Origin: Acaryochloris marina MBIC11017
GTDB lineage: Bacteria > Cyanobacteriota > Cyanobacteriia > Thermosynechococcales > Thermosynechococcaceae
NCBI RefSeq assembly: GCF_000018105.1
Contig: NC_009925.1
Span: forward strand, 6,390,001 to 6,422,000
DNA length: 32,000 nt
Reading direction: 5' to 3'
This document shows positions 15,831 to 22,833 of the stretch, one piece after another. Every line of letters starts with the position of its first letter. The first letter of the stretch is position 1. The position numbers and the translations under genes are program-made. The notes below the pieces were generated by a model. That model ran no database searches, was not told the origin of the DNA, and saw only the letters and a list, made by a program, of their open reading frames with translations.

Positions 15831-16547
15831 ATGAAACCCACCATACTCATTGTTGAAGATGAGAAAGAAATTGCTCAACTGGTTCGCAATATGCTTGAAA
15901 CTGAAGGGTTTATATGTGAAACCTTAAGCAATGGGGCAGATGCGCTGCGGGTTGTAACCGTGCTGCAACCAGACTTGGTCATATTAGATCTGATGTTGCC
16001 AGGTTTAGATGGTTTGGAAGTTTGTACCCGAATTCGTCAGCAATCACTCGCCAAGGATCCTTATATTCTGATGTTGACTGCTAGGGCTGAAGAACTTGAC
16101 CGGATCATTGGCCTTACAACCGGAGCAGATGATTACCTAACGAAACCTTTTAGCCCTAGAGAGTTAATAGCTAGGGTAAGAGCATTGTTGCGTCGGAGTT
16201 TGCGGGGTGAACAATCTGACCATTTACTCTATAGAACTGAATCTTTCACCGTTGATGTTGAGCACCATATCGCGCAAAGGCATTTGTCAGGTCAGGAGGC
16301 TGAGATGCTGGATTTAACAAGTCTTGAATTTAAGCTTTTGCAAACATTCCTGAGTTACCCTGGACGGGCCTGGAGCCGTACTCAACTCATTGATAATCTT
16401 TGGGGCAATGATTTCTTCGGAGACGATCGCGTTGTGGACACGCAGGTTGCTCGGTTGCGCAAGAAAATTGAGGTTAACCCTACCCAACCTCAATTTATTA
16501 AAACAATTCAGGGAGTGGGGTATAAGTTTGAAGACGGGCCATGCTAA
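15831..16547 (+). CDS. OmpR/PhoB-family response regulator
   Basis: Receiver domain (MKPTILIVEDE..., LVILDLMLPGLDG, YLTKPF) plus a winged-helix output domain (LTSLEFKLLQTFLSYPGRAWSRTQL...VDTQVARLRKKIE...GVGYKF). ATG at 15831 is preferred over the upstream GTG at 15792. Confidence 0.9.
   Translation: MKPTILIVEDEKEIAQLVRNMLETEGFICETLSNGADALRVVTVLQPDLVILDLMLPGLDGLEVCTRIRQQSLAKDPYILMLTARAEELDRIIGLTTGADDYLTKPFSPRELIARVRALLRRSLRGEQSDHLLYRTESFTVDVEHHIAQRHLSGQEAEMLDLTSLEFKLLQTFLSYPGRAWSRTQLIDNLWGNDFFGDDRVVDTQVARLRKKIEVNPTQPQFIKTIQGVGYKFEDGPC
16541..16547 (+). promoter_or_regulatory. 7-nt RR/HK overlap (ATGCTAA), translational coupling
   Basis: The kinase ATG at 16541 overlaps the regulator's TAA at 16545-16547. 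Confidence 0.7.
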
Positions 16548-17653
16548 AAACAATTGGTTTGAAGTCGCGATTGTTTTTCTCTCATATGCTGGTAATGTTT
16601 ATCAGCCTGGATTTTTACATCATTATTAACCGATTGACCTCCTTTAACCGTTTCAACGAAGATCTTGATCAGTTAGTGCAGCGCCAAATCGAAATTACTG
16701 AATTAAAGTCCATTCTGATTGCAGAATTCGAAACTGCTTGGCACATCAGTATGATTTGGTCCATTCTTTCAGGTGTGACTGCTGCTCTTCTATTAAGCTA
16801 TTGGGTGGCTCGACGAATTACAGCTCCCCTCATTCAGATAGAACAGACCACTAGAAAATTTGCAGATGGGCAGTTAGATATTCGTTTACCTACTAGCTCT
16901 ATTCCTGAAATCAATCGGCTCAGTCGAAGTTTTAACCGCATGGCCATGAGTTTAGAGCAGGTTGAACAAAAACGACGAGAGCTTATTGGCGATTTGGCTC
17001 ATGAATTGCGCACCCCCATGACCACTATTCGAGGCTATTTAGAAGAAATAGTAGATGAGCGCATACCTCCCACTGCGGATCTATTGGATCGCTTGATCAA
17101 AGAAGTGCGGCGGGTTGAACGATTAGTCATGGATTTGCAGCTACTTTCAAAAGCAGAAGCCGGACATTTGCCACTGCATTTACAATCAATTTCTCTAAAT
17201 TCACTTTTACTACACGTCAGCGAAAATCTCTCAACTCAATTGAGAGAAGATGGCCCCACTCTGACCTTAGACTGTCCATCTAACTTACCTCCAGTTTGGG
17301 TGGATCCTGATCGCACAGAACAAATTTTAGTGAATCTTGTTGGCAATGCCCTTCGCTATACAGAACAGGGGCAAATTGTGGTACAAGTCCGACGAGATGA
17401 TCGTAATGCTTGGGTTACGGTAGCTGATACAGGCTTAGGCATTGCTCCGAAAGATTTACCTCATGTATTTAACAGATTCTGGCGATCGCAACATTCCCGC
17501 ACCCGTCATTCAAGTGGAACTGGATTAGGATTAGCTATTACACAACGCCTAGTAGAACTGCAGGGTGGGACGATTAACGTCGATAGCCAGTTAGGTATCG
17601 GGAGTAAGTTTCAGTTTTCACTCCCTCTAACGGTATCTACGTTGACACAATAA
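16541..17653 (+). CDS. sensor histidine kinase (TM-HAMP-HisKA-HATPase)
   Basis: 370 aa with two hydrophobic segments. H-box LAHELRTPMTTIRGY has its His codon at 17000-17002. N/G boxes: LVNLVGNALRYT, DTGLGI, GTGLGLAITQRLVELQGG. Confidence 0.9.
   Translation: MLKTIGLKSRLFFSHMLVMFISLDFYIIINRLTSFNRFNEDLDQLVQRQIEITELKSILIAEFETAWHISMIWSILSGVTAALLLSYWVARRITAPLIQIEQTTRKFADGQLDIRLPTSSIPEINRLSRSFNRMAMSLEQVEQKRRELIGDLAHELRTPMTTIRGYLEEIVDERIPPTADLLDRLIKEVRRVERLVMDLQLLSKAEAGHLPLHLQSISLNSLLLHVSENLSTQLREDGPTLTLDCPSNLPPVWVDPDRTEQILVNLVGNALRYTEQGQIVVQVRRDDRNAWVTVADTGLGIAPKDLPHVFNRFWRSQHSRTRHSSGTGLGLAITQRLVELQGGTINVDSQLGIGSKFQFSLPLTVSTLTQ
17482..17489. repeat. HIP1 palindrome
   Basis: Exact GCGATCGC. Confidence 0.95.
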
Positions 17654-17911
17654 ATCGGTAGTTTTGACACAACTTTGCCACACGTGGTTGATACGCTAAT
17701 TACTTGCCTAATATGCCATTTGGAAATTCCAATGCCATCATTGGTGATTACTGTGTGTATGATCGCCACTATTTTATCCATAGAAATTAGTAAAGAGGAT
17801 CATCACTCTCTAGTTTTCAACCTCTTCTACTGAAGAACTATTGGATAAATAGTTCTAGGGTTGATTTCCTGATGGTCATAAAGAATTTTGTGTAAAAACT
17901 GGAAGATTAAC

Positions 17912-18415
17912 ATGAGTTACAACCGTGTTTTAGTAGCAATTGATACCTCATTCTCGGGTGGGGTTGTCTTTGAGCAGGCTCTAGAAACTGCTCAATTCCA
18001 CAAAGCAAAACTATATCTACTCCACTGTGTAGAAACTTCAATGCAGCGGTCTAGTTTATTAACTGCTTCCCAAACAAGAACCACCAAAGGCGCTAATTAT
18101 TTTACTCCATATGATGACGCTGATTTACAGTTCGCTCAACAAAAATGGGAGACTCAGATTGAACAAGCTAATGAGTGGCTTTTGCAATATTATCAACAAG
18201 CAACTCAGCGAGGCGTATTAGCTACCTGTGAGTCTGTTTTTGGAGCACCAGGATATCAAATTTGTACCTTGGCAAATGAATGGCAAATTGATCTAATTGT
18301 CATGGGACGTAAAGGTCACTCAGGTCTGGCAGAGCTTTTTATTGGCAGTGTGAGTAACTATGTGTTGCATCATGCACACTGTTCAGTATTGGTCGTTCAA
18401 GACCATAAAGCTTAA
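17912..18415 (+). CDS. universal stress protein (UspA family)
   Basis: MSYNRVLVAIDTS..., LYLLHCV, DLIVMGRKGHSGLAELFIGSVSNYVLHHAHCSVLVV. ATG at 17912 is preferred over TTG at 17888. Confidence 0.85.
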   Translation: MSYNRVLVAIDTSFSGGVVFEQALETAQFHKAKLYLLHCVETSMQRSSLLTASQTRTTKGANYFTPYDDADLQFAQQKWETQIEQANEWLLQYYQQATQRGVLATCESVFGAPGYQICTLANEWQIDLIVMGRKGHSGLAELFIGSVSNYVLHHAHCSVLVVQDHKA

Positions 18416-18527
18416 AGAACCCCCCTTTATGGAAAGTGTATTTGACTCGTATGAAAGCTTTGCTCTGGGCGGCTTAACTTTTATTTGAGATTTAAAGTTA
18501 ATGCATACCTTCTCCATAAGCAGATTT

Positions 18528-18560
18528 CTAAAGCCCGATTTTCGCAAAAGTGGGCTTTAG
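18528..18560 (+). terminator. long hairpin between usp and the ATPase gene (terminator or attenuator candidate)
   Basis: CTAAAGCCC (18528-18536) pairs perfectly with GGGCTTTAG (18552-18560). The 15-nt interior can extend the stem through TTTT/AAAA around a CGC loop. The sequence that follows (TGAATTTATC) is only weakly U-rich. Confidence 0.3.
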
Positions 18561-18668
18561 TGAATTTATCAAGAGATCACGAAACATCATTAATTTTACA
18601 TCCTAAAACTGAGTAGCACAAAACTCCTGGAAATAAGGAGCGATGCTTAATTAGGAGAGCTATCTAAA

Positions 18669-21401
18669 ATGCTAAAAACTATGGAGCCAGTTGAAAACTC
18701 ATCTCGCTCTTATTATCAACTTTCTGTGACGGAATCTATTGAGCTCTTTGATAGTAATTCTGAATGGGGGTTAACTTCAGAGGAAGTTGCCAATCGCTAT
18801 GAAATTTATGGCTGGAATCAGCTCCCCATAAAACCTGGAAAACCTATTTGGTTGAGATTTCTATTGCAATTTCATCAACCACTTCTCTATATTCTGTTGA
18901 TTGCAGGGGGAGTTAAGGCATTTTTAGGATCTTGGACTAATGCCGTCGTGATTTGGGGGGTGACGGTAATTAACGCTGTCATTGGTTATGTGCAAGAAGC
19001 GAAAGCAGAGGGTGCGATCGCTTCATTAGCCAAGGTCGTAACCACCGAAACTACGGTTCTACGTGATGGACAAACGCTACGAATTCCCTCCCAGGACCTC
19101 GTCCCTGGCGATATTGTTCTATTGACATCTGGGGACAAAGTACCAGCAGATTTGAGGCTTATAAGCATAAAAAATTTGCAGGCTGATGAGTCGGCATTGA
19201 CTGGGGAATCTGTACCTGTGGATAAATCTATCCAATCTTTACCAGAAGAAATTTCATTGTCAGAGCGAACCAATATGGCTTTTGCAGGCAGTTTCATCAC
19301 TTTTGGGCAAGGGACTGGGATTGTTGTTGCCACTGCAGATGCAACAGAAGTTGGGCAGATTTCTCAATCCATGATGCACAGAATTAACCTAAGTACGCCC
19401 TTGACCCGCAAATTTACTAAGTTTAGCCGCATTTTGCTCTATGGAATTTTGACCTTAGCAACCCTAACTTTTGTTATTGGGTTAGGGCAAGGAGAGTCTT
19501 GGATTTATATGTTTGAGGCTGCTGTTGCCCTAGCTGTCAGTGCGATTCCAGAAGGGTTGCCTGCTGTTGTCACGATTACTTTGGCGATTGGGGTTAATCG
19601 GATGGCACGCCGTCATGCAATTATTCGTAAGCTGCCAGCAGTTGAGGCACTGGGAGGCGCAACCGTTATTTGTTCGGATAAAACTGGAACATTAACTGAA
19701 AATCAAATGACTGTCCAATCGATTTATGCGGGAGGAATGCATTTCGAGGTGAGTGGTAGTGGCTATAGTCCCAAAGGAGACATTAGTGCTACAGACCCTT
19801 GTGATCGTGAGAAGTGGCTCGAATATCAGTTACCACCACCTCTGGAAGAGTGTCTGATAGCTGGAGCGCTTTGTAATGACTCCCAGCTTAGACAAACAGG
19901 AGACGATTGGTTAGTCGTTGGGGATCCGACAGAAGGGGCACTGATTACGGCAGCTTCTAAAGCCAGTCTCAACCAAGCCAGTCTAGTGGCGTCAAAACCT
20001 CGATTAGATGGGATTCCCTTTGAATCTCAATACCAATATATGGCAACCTTGCATGATCATGTCTCCCCAGTCATTTATATCAAAGGATCCGTAGAGGCAT
20101 TATTGGGTCGGTGCTCCCGGATGATGGGCCACGATAGTCAGACGACGGCTCTGGACGCTGTGCGAATTCAGAAGGCGGTTGAAATAATGGCAGAGCAAGG
20201 ATTGCGAGTGCTTGCCTTTGCAAAAAAAGAAATGCATATCCATCAGCATTCGATTGATCATGAAGATATTGAATCAGAACTCATGTTTTTAGGATTACAG
20301 GGGATGATTGATCCACCTCGCCCAGAGGCTATTGCTGCTGTTCATGCTTGTCAAGCGGCTGGGATCCAGATAAAAATGATTACTGGAGATCATATTGCAA
20401 CCGCTCGGACCATTGCTCAGCGCATGGGAATTCAAAAGGCTGAGCAAGTGGTGGCCTTTGGGGGGCAGCAATTAGCCAGTATGGATGATCATCAGCTTGC
20501 CCAGGCAGTTGAAGAGGGAGATGTTTTTGCCAGAATTGCTCCGACCCAAAAGCTGCGATTGGTTGAAGCACTTCAGTCTAAAGGTGAAATTGTTGCTATG
20601 ACAGGCGATGGTGTGAATGATGCGCCTGCTCTCAAACAGGCTGATATCGGGACTGCGATGGGAAAAGGCGGTACTGAGGTAGCAAGGGAAGCGGCTGATA
20701 TGCTCCTCACTGACGATAACTTTGCCTCCGTTGAGGCGGCTGTGGAAGAAGGGCGCACCGTCTATCAGAATCTGCGAAAAGCGATTGCATTTCTCCTGCC
20801 TGTCAACGGAGGTGAATCGATGACCATTTTGATTAGTGCCCTCCTGGCAAGGGATTTGCCCATCCTTTCACTCCAAATTTTGTGGCTAAACTTGATCAAC
20901 TCCCTAACAATGACAGTACCTTTGGCCTTTGAGCCGAAGTCAAAGGGGTTGATGCAGCAGCCTCCACGAAATCCCAACGAGCCCTTAATTACAGGAAAAT
21001 TATTACGCCGGATTTTGGTGGTTTCACTGTTTAATTGGATTCTGATTTTCGGTATATTTGAGTGGGCTAAATCCACTGGAAGCGATATCACCGTAGCTCG
21101 AACAATGGCCATCCAAGCCCTCGTCGCTGCTCGCATCGTCTATCTTCTTAGTATTAGCCAGTTGGGTTTGAGTTTGTTCAACTCTATTTGCCATCGGGAC
21201 TTATCGATCACCCATACTCCTATTTTGGTAATGGGGATTGTTGGAGCTGTGGCTCTTCAACTCCTTTTCAGTCAGTGGCCTGTGATGAACCAACTTTTTG
21301 AGACCGCTCCCTTAACCTTGATGCAATGGCTTATTTGCTTGTTACCGATGTTACCCATGATACCCATGGCAGCCTTGGCTAACTGGATAGATCCATCATA
21401 A
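18669..21401 (+). CDS. P2-type cation-translocating P-type ATPase (PacL / SERCA-like)
   Basis: 910 aa. Features seen: N-terminal cation-ATPase domain (GLTSEEVANRYEIYGWNQLP), TGES, and PEGLP in TM4. The phosphorylation site ICSDKTGTLTENQM has its Asp codon at 19677-19679. MITGDH and the hinge MTGDGVNDAPALKQADIG are also present. Confidence 0.92.
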   Translation: MLKTMEPVENSSRSYYQLSVTESIELFDSNSEWGLTSEEVANRYEIYGWNQLPIKPGKPIWLRFLLQFHQPLLYILLIAGGVKAFLGSWTNAVVIWGVTVINAVIGYVQEAKAEGAIASLAKVVTTETTVLRDGQTLRIPSQDLVPGDIVLLTSGDKVPADLRLISIKNLQADESALTGESVPVDKSIQSLPEEISLSERTNMAFAGSFITFGQGTGIVVATADATEVGQISQSMMHRINLSTPLTRKFTKFSRILLYGILTLATLTFVIGLGQGESWIYMFEAAVALAVSAIPEGLPAVVTITLAIGVNRMARRHAIIRKLPAVEALGGATVICSDKTGTLTENQMTVQSIYAGGMHFEVSGSGYSPKGDISATDPCDREKWLEYQLPPPLEECLIAGALCNDSQLRQTGDDWLVVGDPTEGALITAASKASLNQASLVASKPRLDGIPFESQYQYMATLHDHVSPVIYIKGSVEALLGRCSRMMGHDSQTTALDAVRIQKAVEIMAEQGLRVLAFAKKEMHIHQHSIDHEDIESELMFLGLQGMIDPPRPEAIAAVHACQAAGIQIKMITGDHIATARTIAQRMGIQKAEQVVAFGGQQLASMDDHQLAQAVEEGDVFARIAPTQKLRLVEALQSKGEIVAMTGDGVNDAPALKQADIGTAMGKGGTEVAREAADMLLTDDNFASVEAAVEEGRTVYQNLRKAIAFLLPVNGGESMTILISALLARDLPILSLQILWLNLINSLTMTVPLAFEPKSKGLMQQPPRNPNEPLITGKLLRRILVVSLFNWILIFGIFEWAKSTGSDITVARTMAIQALVAARIVYLLSISQLGLSLFNSICHRDLSITHTPILVMGIVGAVALQLLFSQWPVMNQLFETAPLTLMQWLICLLPMLPMIPMAALANWIDPS
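19014..19021. repeat. HIP1 palindrome
   Basis: Exact GCGATCGC. Confidence 0.95.
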
Positions 21402-21459
21402 TAATGATGGATAGCCACTTTCAATTGAATTACTGTTGAATACTTGATGAGGTATTGGG

Positions 21460-21897
21460 ATGAACATATTAGTTGCATTGGACCTTTCCCCATCCTCTCA
21501 AGAAATTGTGAAACAGGTAGAAGAGCTGTTCAATTTACCGCATGTGAAATTTTGGCTATTACATGTTGCAGATCCTGAACCAGAATTTATTGGATATGCA
21601 GATGGTCCTCAATATATTAGGGATGCAGTAGCTCAGGAATTTCACGCAGAACATAAAGCTATACAAGCAATAGCAACAGAGATGCGAAATGCTCAAATTG
21701 ACTGTACAGCTTTACTAATTCAGGGATATTGCCCCGACACAATTTTGTCAGAAGCTCAACGCCTCAAAGCGCACCTTATCGTCATGGGTTCTCATGGTAA
21801 AAATATGATGAAACAGCTCATTTTGGGTAGCACAAGTCAAGCGGTCATACAGGATTCGAAGATCCCTGTGTTAGTGATTCCTACAAAAACTAACTAG
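21460..21897 (+). CDS. universal stress protein (UspA family)
   Basis: MNILVALDLSPSS..., WLLHV, LIVMGSHGKNMMKQLILGSTSQAVIQDSKIPVLVI. Confidence 0.85.
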   Translation: MNILVALDLSPSSQEIVKQVEELFNLPHVKFWLLHVADPEPEFIGYADGPQYIRDAVAQEFHAEHKAIQAIATEMRNAQIDCTALLIQGYCPDTILSEAQRLKAHLIVMGSHGKNMMKQLILGSTSQAVIQDSKIPVLVIPTKTN

Positions 21898-22118
21898 GAG
21901 TCAAATGCGATTAAAATTTACCCCTGGCACATTCGCTCATAGAAACAGTTGCCATAGGTAAGATATCTGCATAATGTGGACCAAGATAAATCTTTGGCCT
22001 GGAGGGGGGAGTAGCTCAATCAACCGCGTTCAGCCCTATACTTTACTGTTTTTCCTGGAAAGATATGTTGCTATCGGGAAAATTTTCTTCGTTTTGTTTG
22101 CAGTGATCATGCACAGAG

Positions 22119-22787
22119 CTAGGGGGAGGCCGACTCTTGAGCTTGGGATAGCGATCCGTCCCCTGGAGTAGACTTCATTTGAGTTCCTGCAGATTTTCGA
22201 CGACGCGGCGGGGTGCGATCGGTAATGGGAGCACGACGAAATAACTCAGGTATCGGAACTAAGGTCTCTCCGCCAGAATTTTGCAGCAGCATATCAGCCG
22301 TCTTGCCCTTAAGAATATCCATCAGTTGGTGAAGTAGCTGATTGGGATTATCGTGGGGCTTCATGGTAAACAACTGGCGACTGCTTTCGCAGATATCATT
22401 CTCCTGGGTTAGAGCACAGACAATTGGATAGCCATTGGAGTACCCCGTTGTTAGATATTTAAGCTGTTTGGCGTCATAAAACTGTTGGAATTTGGGGGTT
22501 ACCGCTGCACATCTTTTTTGGGGATTCCAGCCAAACCGAGAGAAAAACTCAGACTTCCAACCAATAATGCGAATATTGCCTTGCCGTTGGGGAATCCAAA
22601 CAAGGGTCGCTGGAATCTCAGAACCACTGGCTGGGTCATAGACCTCTTTGCAAAAAAAGGTCACTTGATCAGGAGAAGCTGTTTGCGCTTGAGAGACAGG
22701 GGTTTGCCCCCAAGCTGGCAGACTGCTCAATGAGAGGGTGACAGCCATTGTACTGGTTAAGCCCCAATGCCAAAGATGATGCGTCAT
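22119..22787 (-). CDS. secreted COP23 (circadian oscillating protein 23)-family protein
   Basis: Signal peptide: MTHHLWHWGLTSTMAVTLSLSSLPAWG. Core pattern with four Cys that I recognise as COP23: VTFFCKEV...IPATLVW...IIGWKSEFFSRFGWNPQKRCAAVTPKFQ...GYPIVCAL...ICESSRQLFTMKPHDNP. ATG at 22787 follows AAGGAG. The longer ORF to 22862 would overlap the upstream gene. Confidence 0.65.
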   Translation of the reverse strand: MTHHLWHWGLTSTMAVTLSLSSLPAWGQTPVSQAQTASPDQVTFFCKEVYDPASGSEIPATLVWIPQRQGNIRIIGWKSEFFSRFGWNPQKRCAAVTPKFQQFYDAKQLKYLTTGYSNGYPIVCALTQENDICESSRQLFTMKPHDNPNQLLHQLMDILKGKTADMLLQNSGGETLVPIPELFRRAPITDRTPPRRRKSAGTQMKSTPGDGSLSQAQESASP

Positions 22788-22833
22788 AAGGTGGTATCTC
22801 CTTGAATTTGGTAAGCGGGTCAGCTTCACTGTC

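Noticed and set aside
15363-22118. The TCS/ATPase block as a clear compositional island.
   Set aside because: Hand-sampled lines ranged from about 37% to 62% G+C, which overlaps the neighbouring blocks. The block contains HIP1 copies (17482 and 19014) and has no mobility genes. Composition alone does not support foreign origin.
21974-22171. 65-aa plus-strand ORF, and a tRNA-like 5' string GGGGGGAGTAGCTCAAT at 22004-22020.
   Set aside because: The ORF overlaps the 3' end of the COP23 gene and has no motifs. The tRNA-like string lacks a matching D-stem closure, anticodon arm, T-arm (GTTCRANYC) and acceptor complement downstream, so it is not a tRNA.
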